This document shows positions 50,964 to 59,791 of a stretch of DNA of 64,000 nt, piece after piece. Position numbers and translations under genes: made by a program. A model generated the notes under the pieces. The model saw only the letters and a list, made by a program, of their open reading frames with translations. It did not search any database and had not been told where the DNA came from. How positions within the stretch are numbered: the stretch's first letter is position 1; each line of letters opens with the position of its first letter. This stretch comes from an uncultured virus (IMG/VR IMGVR_UViG_3300034284_002793). Taxonomy: Duplodnaviria > Heunggongvirae > Uroviricota > Caudoviricetes. Where the stretch lies: the IMG/VR virus record IMGVR_UViG_3300034284_002793, positions 62,001 to 126,000 of that record. The stretch is one strand, 5' to 3'.

Positions 50964-53900
50964 ATGCTATTTGAAGACATAAAGCATCCACTTGTTAGCG
51001 ATTTTTTAACTAGAATCAGTGGGTCTGGCTATACATATTTAAATACTGAGTCTTCTAGTAGAATAAATGATTTTGTTAAATATTTGGGATCCATCACTGC
51101 AGATAATGGTGACGATTTTGCTTTTTATCCCCTAAGGCAAGCGCAAAATATAGGAATAGGAAATCAGATATTTGGCATTGGATATATGGCATCTGGCACA
51201 AATATTGTTTTTCCCCAAAATATAAACTGGACAGAGTCTGGCATTTTACTAAATAGCATTAAAAATTGTGGTATTTTAAATTTTTCTGGCAAATTAAAAG
51301 ATTCAAAATTTCAATTTAGAAAAAATGAAACTTCTATCTTTTATTTTTTAAAACATAATAGGCCTAAATATGAAACATCGTTATATAGGGATGGACAAGT
51401 ATGTCCATATTTTTGGTTCGATGATTCCTTAGATAATTTTGGCGTAATTGCTCCAGAATTTTCTACCAGCGATTTTAGAACAACCGGGACAACATACCTT
51501 TATGACGAAATATATGGTGGAGATAAAAAGGGCTACCAGATTGATTTTTCATCAGATGATCCAACAAAATATAATGTGTTTAATTCTAATACTGGAAGGG
51601 CGATAGGCACTGGTATAGCTCCATATGTACCACCAGCAGTTTCATTTTATGAAATGGACAATAATGAAAATAAATTTGTATGTATTAACGCAGTAATACG
51701 AGAAAGCCAATATTCTATTAGATCATTTTTTGGCCGCGATTATAGAAGTTTAACTGGAAATTTTCCAAATCCATATCAATCTATTGAAGTTACTGATCCA
51801 AAAACTCAAGAAGTTTATATTGATAATTTTTTTCCAAGAAGAATGGTAATTGGCGCTGGCGTAAGAAACAAAAGCGCAGCTGGCTATGATTTGGATGGCA
51901 CAGATCATATATGTGCTGGAATTTTAATATTAAGAGGCGACTATAGCAATAAATCAAAAGATATTGCCGAAAATATGGCTGAGGCTATTGGTATAAAAAT
52001 TCGCCCTCCTAAAAATTTGGATACAACATTTGCTTTTGGAAATATATTAAATGATAGATTTGCCTGTAGCGGATATATAGCATCAATCAATTATTATGAT
52101 TATACAAGTCCAGTTTTATACAAAACATATAGCGACTATTATGATATTGTAAACTTTACAGCTTCAATATACAGCGGATCATACATTGACTATGGCCAAT
52201 GGACATATAATGTGGTCAATAGCGTTACTGGAGAATTAAGATCGCCACAAATCGGTGATACAATTAATAATGATAGCAATATAACTGGAATAGTAAATTT
52301 AATTGGCTTCCAAAATGGCATAACAGCTCCGTTTGGTGCATTTTATAATCAAGGAGTAATAGGTTTTGTTAGTGGATATGCTACAAAAATAAATAACGAA
52401 TTTATCTTTAACAGATTCACAGAGCAGACAGAAAGTGGAGCGAGCGGTTTTTATAGATCAAATATCAGCGGTATAGCAACGGGGCAAATTTTCTTTCCAC
52501 CAATAAGAAAAATATTTCAAGAATTAATTACTGGATATGTTAGTGGCATTAAAGACTCAGATAGTTTATTTACTCCCTTTGATTCTAGCTCCAACCTATA
52601 TTCTAGTGGATATTATTATGGTGATCAAGTATATGCATACCCACAAATTGGCATTATACCGCAAAAAATAACTGGCTATATTAGCGGATTTTTATCTGAA
52701 AACGGAATATTCTCAGAATTTGATAAAAATTATTTGGATAGTTCTAGTGGATATTTTTATAGCGAAAATTCATACGAATTCTTGCCTAAAAAAACTATTA
52801 CTAATTCTCCCGTAACAGGATTTTTAGTTGGAATGAAAAGCGGAGATTATTTTTCCGGATACTATCAAAATACACCAACTGACGGCTTGTACAGTGGATT
52901 TTTTATAGATAATGATTTTTCTAACCCAGCAGAAATAGAACCAGTTATTGAAATATATTTTCCAACAGGCTCTGGGTTGTTTTCTGGATTTAGCGGCATG
53001 TCCGGAATAGATGAGCGTCTTGGCTTTAATTTTACAGGATTTTTTCAGAACATATTTGATATAAATGGTGATCCGATTTTGGATGAGAGCGGAAATGCAA
53101 TCATACTGTCATTTGATGGAAGTAGTGGATTTATTGATATTGGTGCTGGGCCATTTCCAAACACAAGAACAGCTTCATGCACCGGAATTATAGGGTCAAA
53201 GAATGTTTTAAATTTTTCTGGAAGTTTTGATGGCTTTAATAATATAGAAGTACCAGATATAAATTATGGATCTTCATATAGTGGATTTTTCATTGAATCT
53301 AGTGGGTTTGTCGGTACAGGAAATTTTGGAAGTGGAATGTTTACAGGATTTATTGGATCTATAAATATACTTGAATACATCAACTTAACAGGATTTCAAG
53401 ATAACTTAGATTTTCTTGCCGGAGGATTATTTACAGGATTTTCGTTTCCGCTTGGGTCTGGTTTTAGTGGATTATATGATAATCTTTCTGGAACTGGAAT
53501 ACAAACAGGATTTATTGGATCAAGATATTATCTTATGGAATCTGGATCTTTTTCTGGATTTTCTGGCTTTTCAGGATTTTCTGATGCATTTTTAAATGAA
53601 ATAAATATTGATTTTTCTTTTCAAAATGGAAGTGGATTTTCTGGACTATATTTTCAAGATTCTGGCTACGGTGTTATCTCTGGATTAATTACTACCGGAA
53701 AATCTCCATTGCTATTTGGGGATCCATTATATTTCGTTCCTTCTATATTGGCAATATCATATGGTGGCAATTTTACGCAATTCATAACTGGTGACTTTAT
53801 TTTTACTGGCGTTATTCCAGATATTACTGGTATTAGATATTTATCTGGTGCTGTATTTACCTATGCAATTAATACAGGATCATTAATAACTGGAGACATT

Positions 53901-54749
53901 TTTGTAACAGGAACGCACCCAGAAATAACCTCATTAAACTACTTTGCTACTACAGGCGAAGATATTATATTGTCTGGCTTTGATGGCAATGCACTTTCAT
54001 ATATATTTAGATTGGAAGCATATGAGGGGCAAAAGCTTGAAAGTGGAGTAAGGGTAGAAATTAATAAATTTATATCAGGATTAAAAACTGATGGTATATG
54101 GGATAGTATTACAGATTGCTGTTTGATGGCTGGACCAAGAACATTTTCTGGAGCTTTTGTTCCATTAAAAGGAAATAGCGGTATTGGTTATAACTTTATT
54201 AGTAGTGATTATAATCGCGCTAGCGGTTTAATTGGTGATGCATCATCAAAATATGTTGATTCTAATCGAAGCTTAAACATAGAACCTTCAGGAAACCAAC
54301 ACTTGGCAGTTTATATAACTAAAACTGGATCGCCATCATTTAATCAGTACTATATCGGCGCTGGTGTTCAAAACGTAACTGGATCAAGCGCTATTTATGC
54401 TAGCGGTGCAGGTGCGCTTTTCCAAAAATCTAGAGCAAGTGGAATAGCTAATTATCAAAATTTTGGACCATCCACGGGCTTCATGGCGGTCTCAAGATTT
54501 AGCACGGGTATTTGGGCTGCAAGAAATACATATATATCAGAAACAGCCTTTGTTTATGTAGAAAGTGGGGCGCAACCAGCGAATGTGTATGTTTTTGCCA
54601 ATAATAATACTGGCATTGGGGCTGGTATGCCAGAGGGTTATAGCGATGCAAGAATTGCCATTTATTCTATCGGCACGAATATTAATATATTATCAAATTA
54701 TGAAAATAGAGTTATTTCATACCTTAGTGGTATTAAGAAATATGTTTAA
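50964..54749 (+). CDS. Large Gly/Ser-rich virion/fibre protein
   Basis: 1261 aa; nested SG modules; C-terminal LKTDGIWDSI..LMAG domain. Confidence 0.6.
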   Translation: MLFEDIKHPLVSDFLTRISGSGYTYLNTESSSRINDFVKYLGSITADNGDDFAFYPLRQAQNIGIGNQIFGIGYMASGTNIVFPQNINWTESGILLNSIKNCGILNFSGKLKDSKFQFRKNETSIFYFLKHNRPKYETSLYRDGQVCPYFWFDDSLDNFGVIAPEFSTSDFRTTGTTYLYDEIYGGDKKGYQIDFSSDDPTKYNVFNSNTGRAIGTGIAPYVPPAVSFYEMDNNENKFVCINAVIRESQYSIRSFFGRDYRSLTGNFPNPYQSIEVTDPKTQEVYIDNFFPRRMVIGAGVRNKSAAGYDLDGTDHICAGILILRGDYSNKSKDIAENMAEAIGIKIRPPKNLDTTFAFGNILNDRFACSGYIASINYYDYTSPVLYKTYSDYYDIVNFTASIYSGSYIDYGQWTYNVVNSVTGELRSPQIGDTINNDSNITGIVNLIGFQNGITAPFGAFYNQGVIGFVSGYATKINNEFIFNRFTEQTESGASGFYRSNISGIATGQIFFPPIRKIFQELITGYVSGIKDSDSLFTPFDSSSNLYSSGYYYGDQVYAYPQIGIIPQKITGYISGFLSENGIFSEFDKNYLDSSSGYFYSENSYEFLPKKTITNSPVTGFLVGMKSGDYFSGYYQNTPTDGLYSGFFIDNDFSNPAEIEPVIEIYFPTGSGLFSGFSGMSGIDERLGFNFTGFFQNIFDINGDPILDESGNAIILSFDGSSGFIDIGAGPFPNTRTASCTGIIGSKNVLNFSGSFDGFNNIEVPDINYGSSYSGFFIESSGFVGTGNFGSGMFTGFIGSINILEYINLTGFQDNLDFLAGGLFTGFSFPLGSGFSGLYDNLSGTGIQTGFIGSRYYLMESGSFSGFSGFSGFSDAFLNEINIDFSFQNGSGFSGLYFQDSGYGVISGLITTGKSPLLFGDPLYFVPSILAISYGGNFTQFITGDFIFTGVIPDITGIRYLSGAVFTYAINTGSLITGDIFVTGTHPEITSLNYFATTGEDIILSGFDGNALSYIFRLEAYEGQKLESGVRVEINKFISGLKTDGIWDSITDCCLMAGPRTFSGAFVPLKGNSGIGYNFISSDYNRASGLIGDASSKYVDSNRSLNIEPSGNQHLAVYITKTGSPSFNQYYIGAGVQNVTGSSAIYASGAGALFQKSRASGIANYQNFGPSTGFMAVSRFSTGIWAARNTYISETAFVYVESGAQPANVYVFANNNTGIGAGMPEGYSDARIAIYSIGTNINILSNYENRVISYLSGIKKYV

Positions 54750-54816
54750 TTATTAATTAATAAAAAATTAAATTTTACAATATTAGAAATGTATATATAA
54801 TAAGGGAAATAAAGTT

Positions 54817-56112
54817 ATGCCTCTAAATATTTTAAAAAAACGCCATATCGAAACAGAAATTGAGAATAACACTCATGTAGATGGTGAATGGAAAGTTGAG
54901 ATTGTATGCCAAAATGGTGAAATTAAAAAGCCTCTTGGAGATAAATGGCGAAAAAACTTAATTCAAGATAGAGGATTGAATATATTCAATGGCACGTATG
55001 GAAGTTTTAGCAGCAATGCTAATGCGAATACTAATTCAATATCAGCCTTTATAAGTTCGGCATATTTTGGAAATAGCAGTGCTGATCCGTTTGCTACAGA
55101 TAAAACATTTTTAACTAGCACAAACAATAATATATACTATACAAGAAGAAACACTCTAAACGTACCAGAAAATACAAATCCAAACAGCGATGATTTAGTA
55201 ACGGGGTCACGAACTTTTACAAAAGTATGGGATTTTGCATCTCTGGCTGCTGGCGAAACGCGCGATGTTAGAGAAATAGTGATTGCGGCCAATACTTATG
55301 ATGGTTTTAATAATTCTACCGATCAAAGCAAGGGGACCCAAGGAACATTTACAACAAACATACCAGTAATTTCGCGCTTTATTCTTCCATCAACAGTAAC
55401 TCTAACTGAATTTCAATTTTTAAGACTTTACTATTCAATAAAAGTAACAGTTCCAGCAATAGTTACGCCAGTTCCGATTACATTGTCAAATAACGGTTTT
55501 GATGGAACTGGTCAATTAAAATTAATAGGCCTATGGTCTAGTATATTTTCTGGAAATGGCCACTTATGGCAGCGCAGAAACTTTGGCACTTTGATTAACG
55601 TAGTTTCAACTCCACATACGCCATGGTCGCTAATCGGAAGAGATGGAATGGCAGCTTTACCGCTTAAAGGCAATTCAAATCCAAATTTAAATTTTAATTT
55701 TCCAGCAGTTGGTGCTGATTTTTCAATATCGTATGCAAATGCGTTATATGATGCAACACAAACTGTACTCCATACTTCACCAGGCTGCTCTGTTAGTCCA
55801 TCGTCAGCAGTTCAACAAACGGTTGTAAACCAGTCTGTGTCAAGAGAGGCTACTATGCTGTTTCAAGCAAATAACCCAAGCGTGAATAGCCCACTTGCTG
55901 GATTTGTTTTCCTTCCTCGCGGTGAAGGCAATAATTTTACGGGAGGATCGACTCCAACTTTTACCGAAGCTCTTACTACAGATACTGCTCTTGGAAGATA
56001 CATGTGGTACTGGAGGTTCACAGACCCAACATTTACAAATCCAAGATCTGTAATTAAAGATGTCAACTATGGCCTTGTGGTTAATTTGCGGCAAACAATT
56101 GCAAGAGGCTAA
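54817..56112 (+). CDS. Virion protein, paralog family A
   Basis: GEWKVEI..PLG..KNLIQDRGL, LRLYY, PAIVTP and GTGQLKLIG. Confidence 0.6.
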   Translation: MPLNILKKRHIETEIENNTHVDGEWKVEIVCQNGEIKKPLGDKWRKNLIQDRGLNIFNGTYGSFSSNANANTNSISAFISSAYFGNSSADPFATDKTFLTSTNNNIYYTRRNTLNVPENTNPNSDDLVTGSRTFTKVWDFASLAAGETRDVREIVIAANTYDGFNNSTDQSKGTQGTFTTNIPVISRFILPSTVTLTEFQFLRLYYSIKVTVPAIVTPVPITLSNNGFDGTGQLKLIGLWSSIFSGNGHLWQRRNFGTLINVVSTPHTPWSLIGRDGMAALPLKGNSNPNLNFNFPAVGADFSISYANALYDATQTVLHTSPGCSVSPSSAVQQTVVNQSVSREATMLFQANNPSVNSPLAGFVFLPRGEGNNFTGGSTPTFTEALTTDTALGRYMWYWRFTDPTFTNPRSVIKDVNYGLVVNLRQTIARG

Positions 56113-56778
56113 TTATTTATCTAAAAATTTTAGTTTGATTTTGCCATTACTGTCTATTAATGCATAGCTAACTGGTAGGTCGCATTGGGAGCCCAAGTTA
56201 ACGCATTCAACCCAATCCACAGTTTTGTGTTCGGGCATATGGGTGTGGCCAAACACCACAGTACTGCATCCTAGATCGCGGCCATGATGTGCAACCCGGC
56301 GCAACACTCTTTCAGCCGAAGAACGCCACGTTTTTATTTTTCGCTTGAGCTTGCGGGTGAATTTTTGCCCCTTGTCAATTTTTTGCAAGAAATAATATAT
56401 TCCAGATGCTATTTCAGTGAGTACTGGCCGCATTTTAATAATATAATCCCAACGATCACCGTGGACAAAATAGAAACGCTTTCCATTAATAACCTCAATG
56501 TGTTCGTGTTTAAAATCAAAACCTAATAGCGCACTAACAGTATCCAGATCGCGGTCATGATTACCCTTAATAAAAATGCATTTTTTATTTTTTGATAGTT
56601 TGCGCAATAATGATAATACTTTCCACTGACGTTTGCATAAACGATGAATATTGTACGAATCCAGCAAATCTCCACATATTATTAAACTATCATACGTTTC
56701 CTCTTCAAGTATTTTTAAAACTAAATCTGCTTGGCATACAGGGCTGCCAAGATGTATGTCTGAAAGGCACAGTATCAT
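56113..56778 (-). CDS. Calcineurin-like metallophosphoesterase (LpxH-like)
   Basis: SDIHLG, GDLLD, GNHD, HGD and GHTH motifs. Confidence 0.85.
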   Translation of the reverse strand: MILCLSDIHLGSPVCQADLVLKILEEETYDSLIICGDLLDSYNIHRLCKRQWKVLSLLRKLSKNKKCIFIKGNHDRDLDTVSALLGFDFKHEHIEVINGKRFYFVHGDRWDYIIKMRPVLTEIASGIYYFLQKIDKGQKFTRKLKRKIKTWRSSAERVLRRVAHHGRDLGCSTVVFGHTHMPEHKTVDWVECVNLGSQCDLPVSYALIDSNGKIKLKFLDK

Positions 56779-56880
56779 AATGTTTTATATTATTTTTTTT
56801 ATTTATTACTTTTTTACCTCACTTGATTACACTCTTCAATCATTTATAGCATATTACAATATAGAAACAAACAGTCCATG

Positions 56881-56986
56881 TATTTTTAATTCTTTTTTAT
56901 TATAATATATGCTGATATTTACAAAGATCGATATATACCAGTCTATTAATAAAGCCATCCTTTATTTTTAATTCTTTTTTATTATA
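56881..56986. repeat. 24-bp direct repeat, 2 copies
   Basis: tatttttaattcttttttattata at 56881-56904 and 56963-56986. Confidence 0.85.
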
Positions 56987-57175
56987 TATGGGTTGATTTT
57001 ATTGGCGTTAGGATACCCTAACCACCCTGATAAGTAAAAGAAGGATAGATTTAAAAGTTGTAGAGTTTTAAAAATAGGCCCTAGCGACCAAAAGCTCAAA
57101 CGCTTGTATGAATTTTTTTCAAAAATAGGGGGTACTTGTCAACAAAAAAAAGTTTTAAAAAAGATAAAAAATCCC

Positions 57176-57203
57176 TTGCTTTCTCGGTGATCTGTGGTAG
57201 AGT
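57176..57203 (+). promoter_or_regulatory. sigma70 promoter (leaderless)
   Basis: TTGCTT-16-(TGG)TAGAGT, ATG 6 nt later; upstream A-tracts. Confidence 0.75.
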
Positions 57204-57209
57204 GTAGAC

Positions 57210-57395
57210 ATGAAGAAGAAATACTACACCAGCACAGAGATCCTTGAGTATGCGAATAAGAACAACGCAGCTTGCATCTCTGCATCTGTGAGCCTGCGAG
57301 TGTTCCGCTACTGGACTAGCAAAGGTCAATACGAAGTGAAGTTCTACAGGGTAGAGCCTTGCGTGTGGGAGAAAAAAATCGTAAAAAAACCCTAA
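57210..57395 (+). CDS. Early hypothetical protein
   Basis: 61 aa; own promoter. Confidence 0.65.
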   Translation: MKKKYYTSTEILEYANKNNAACISASVSLRVFRYWTSKGQYEVKFYRVEPCVWEKKIVKKP

Positions 57396-57402
57396 AGATC
57401 CC

Positions 57403-57430
57403 TTGACTTTAATGACAGCTCTGATAGATT
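57403..57430 (+). promoter_or_regulatory. sigma70 promoter (leaderless)
   Basis: TTGACT-16-TAGATT, ATG 6 nt later. Confidence 0.75.
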
Positions 57431-57436
57431 AAATAC

Positions 57437-57667
57437 ATGAATACATTCGAAGACTACATCAAACACAACGGCAAAGAATACTACCTCTGCACAGAGTATG
57501 CGTTCGATCACACTGATCAGTTGCAACTCTCTGGCTTTGTCTTGACTGATGAAGACGGCGAAGACATCTCGCAAGATGACTTCGAAGCGAACAAGGATCT
57601 TTACGATCATGTCTGCATGGTTCTTGCTAACGAAGATGCTACCTGCTACGGCGGCGCACCTTGCTAA
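57437..57667 (+). CDS. Acidic early hypothetical protein
   Basis: 76 aa, Asp/Glu-rich. Confidence 0.7.
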   Translation: MNTFEDYIKHNGKEYYLCTEYAFDHTDQLQLSGFVLTDEDGEDISQDDFEANKDLYDHVCMVLANEDATCYGGAPC

Positions 57668-57671
57668 CACT

Positions 57672-57758
57672 ATGACACACATCATTATGACATACATTGC
57701 AGAGGCGCTTGCCGTGGTGCTTATCCTCCTGCTTGGCGTTGCGATTCTCTCGATCTAA
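57672..57758 (+). CDS. Small membrane peptide (28 aa)
   Basis: MTHIIMTYIAEALAVVLILLLGVAILSI; its stop codon lies inside repeat 1. Confidence 0.5.
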   Translation: MTHIIMTYIAEALAVVLILLLGVAILSI

Positions 57759-57832
57759 GTTGTTCTAAATCAACGACTTACAACGGGCCACCCTGCGCGC
57801 GCGCGTAAGTCCTTGATAATGAGGCACTTACG
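57754..57832. repeat. 79-bp double-palindrome element, copy 1
   Basis: Boxes 57754-57782 and 57804-57832. Confidence 0.9.
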
Positions 57833-57884
57833 AATGTCAAGTAAAAAAGATAAAAAAAATTTCACACAATCGCAAAAAAATCCC

Positions 57885-57912
57885 TTGCTTTTTCGGTGGC
57901 CTGTGATACATT
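57885..57912 (+). promoter_or_regulatory. sigma70 promoter (leaderless)
   Basis: TTGCTT-16-TACATT, ATG 6 nt later. Confidence 0.75.
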
Positions 57913-57918
57913 GTATGT

Positions 57919-58266
57919 ATGAAAGATAAAGAAAACACCACGTTCAACGTCAACGGAACCCTTTGCACGCTCGTCGTCTCGGAAGATCGGGAGGATGATT
58001 GCACGAAGCTTTGGCATGACCTCGTCAGCGTTGACACTGGCAAGGTCGTCGCAACCCTCGACTGGTCGCCCTACTCTTGCCCCTCTAATGAGGAAGTGCA
58101 GCAGATCATCGACCTCGGCCTGCCTAATGGCTTGCGTTGGGCTAACTCTCACCCTTCTTCTCGCTTCAACTTCGATAGCCTCATGCTGGCGAAATACCTC
58201 TCTGGCTACGAGCATCCCGATGGCGGCAAGATCGAACTGGTCTTCCGCGTTCGCTTGGCCGCATAA
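57919..58266 (+). CDS. Early hypothetical protein
   Basis: 115 aa; EDREDDCTKLWH and LDWSPY; own promoter. Confidence 0.75.
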   Translation: MKDKENTTFNVNGTLCTLVVSEDREDDCTKLWHDLVSVDTGKVVATLDWSPYSCPSNEEVQQIIDLGLPNGLRWANSHPSSRFNFDSLMLAKYLSGYEHPDGGKIELVFRVRLAA

Positions 58267-58309
58267 AAAAACTCTTGCGCTTCCACTCAACATCCCATAC
58301 TCTAACAAT

Positions 58310-58519
58310 ATGAACAGCATCCACGACGACTACAACACGCAACCGCAATCCGACGAATACGCGACCGAGCACGAGGAAGTGCGCGGCACGTTCGCCGCCG
58401 AGCCTGCCGTTGAGCAGGAGCCGCAACCCTATGATGGGTTTGAGGGGCAGTGGGCTGGGGATGGGTCGGGCTTCGACGACCTCGCAGACTGGGGCGAGCA
58501 GGAGGGCTGGGACACGTAA
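58310..58519 (+). CDS. Highly acidic early protein (69 aa)
   Basis: Start MNSIHDD follows TTGCGC-17-TACTCT by 6 nt; GDGSGFDDLAD motif. Confidence 0.75.
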   Translation: MNSIHDDYNTQPQSDEYATEHEEVRGTFAAEPAVEQEPQPYDGFEGQWAGDGSGFDDLADWGEQEGWDT

Positions 58520-58590
58520 GAGTGTCATAAACTTTCTCCGAACGTTTCGATGCGTGTCTCCATGACGCGGGAATAAACGATGAGGAGACG

Positions 58591-58616
58591 AAGCGCCCGT
58601 TTAAACGGGCGTTTCA
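58591..58616 (+). terminator. Palindrome / possible terminator
   Basis: Perfect palindrome cgcccgtttaaacgggcg followed by ttt. Confidence 0.5.
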
Positions 58617-58637
58617 ATTTGCTAAAATTCAATGTTG

Positions 58638-58716
58638 CGTAAACCCTTGATATTCAACAACTTACGCTGGCGCGCGGGGCGCGCGGCCGTAAGTCCTTGA
58701 TAATTAACGACTTACG
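58638..58716. repeat. 79-bp double-palindrome element, copy 2
   Basis: Boxes 58638-58666 and 58688-58716. Confidence 0.9.
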
Positions 58717-58853
58717 TAACGTCATCAAGAGTGTCATAAAGAATGTCATAGCGCAAAATTCAAACGCTCGTTTGCCAAAACGTCAACAAAAATAGTTTCG
58801 CTAATCGCAAAAAAATATCTCGCTTTTCGCGCGTCCTGTGCTATTCTGTATAC

Positions 58854-59036
58854 ATGAGAAACAACAACAGAAGCTGGCGCGACGAAGAACGCGAAGCAAC
58901 CCTCGACTACCCGCTAGGTGTGGATCGTGAAGATCCCGCCTACCAGCAAAGCCCAGACGCTTACGAGCGTGAAATCGAGCGCCTTAATCGGCACGAAGGC
59001 TGGGAGCGTAATCGCGGTGGTTACTACCGCCGATGA
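58854..59036 (+). CDS. Early hypothetical protein
   Basis: 60 aa; TCGCTT-16-TATTCT, ATG 6 nt later. Confidence 0.7.
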   Translation: MRNNNRSWRDEEREATLDYPLGVDREDPAYQQSPDAYEREIERLNRHEGWERNRGGYYRR

Positions 59037-59079
59037 AAAATCGCTTGACTTTCAGCCCCATTTCACCGATACTTTCAAC

Positions 59080-59244
59080 ATGACAGAAAACACCACAACT
59101 GGCTGGCCCGAAGTCTGGAACTTCGACGAACCCAAAGACGACAACCTCACGCCCGAACAAGCGTTCGACATCCTTTTCGGCTACGCCGAGGAGCGTCATC
59201 GCAACGACCCGTGCGCTCGTCCCGCCCCTAAACCCAAACACTAA
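59080..59244 (+). CDS. Early hypothetical protein (54 aa)
   Basis: Start MTENTT follows TTGACT-17-GATACT by 6 nt. Confidence 0.65.
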   Translation: MTENTTTGWPEVWNFDEPKDDNLTPEQAFDILFGYAEERHRNDPCARPAPKPKH

Positions 59245-59248
59245 CACT

Positions 59249-59458
59249 ATGACAAACACAGACGGCATCATCAAGTCGCTTGAAACTCTCATCAAGCATG
59301 AGAAAGCAATTCAGCGTCAAGAAAAAGAAATTGAAAAATTAAAAGACATCATTGATGGCTCTTTGCAGACGATGCAGGGCCTTCTTGTGTTGAGCGCTGT
59401 TCTCTCAAAAGAGATTGAAAGCTTGCACAATAATAAGCCTTCTTTTGGACTAAACTAA
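59249..59458 (+). CDS. Small coiled-coil early protein
   Basis: 69 aa; coupled to the upstream gene. Confidence 0.65.
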   Translation: MTNTDGIIKSLETLIKHEKAIQRQEKEIEKLKDIIDGSLQTMQGLLVLSAVLSKEIESLHNNKPSFGLN

Positions 59459-59459
59459 C

Positions 59460-59615
59460 ATGAGCAAAATCATTATGACAATCGACACGCGACCGCTTGC
59501 GCGTGTCATAGAGCGCAGCGTCCGCAAGGCATCTTGCCGCCCATCCTTCGCCATGCGTGTCAAGAAAAAATTCGCGCGCAAGGCAAAGTTTTTTCGCGGT
59601 TGGTCTGATCAGTAA
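59460..59615 (+). CDS. Small basic protein (51 aa)
   Basis: MSKIIMTIDTRPLARVIERSVRKASCRPSFAMRVKKKFARKAKFFRGWSDQ; its stop codon lies inside repeat 3. Confidence 0.55.
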   Translation: MSKIIMTIDTRPLARVIERSVRKASCRPSFAMRVKKKFARKAKFFRGWSDQ

Positions 59616-59689
59616 AGCTTTGAATATCAACGACTTGCGGCGGCGCGCCCCGCCGCGCGGCATAACCCATTGCAAATCAACGACTTGCA
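59611..59689. repeat. 79-bp double-palindrome element, copy 3
   Basis: Boxes 59611-59639 and 59661-59689. Confidence 0.9.
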
Positions 59690-59699
59690 ATATATAGTA

Positions 59700-59716
59700 T
59701 TCAGGTAGCGTGCCAA
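59700..59716 (-). promoter_or_regulatory. sigma54-like -24/-12 motif
   Basis: TTGGCACG-CTAC-CTGAA on the minus strand. Confidence 0.45.
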
Positions 59717-59791
59717 TATTGGCGAATCTATAAAAATAAAAAAATAAAAAAACCTATTGACGAAAACATCAAACCGAGTTAGCATAAATGT

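Noticed and set aside
43223..56112. Diversity-generating retroelement acting on the paralogous virion genes
   Set aside because: No reverse transcriptase and no near-identical TR/VR pair differing at adenines was seen
58541..58590. Possible small structured RNA (gtctcc...ggagac stem)
   Set aside because: Single short stem, one copy, no recognisable family; insufficient support
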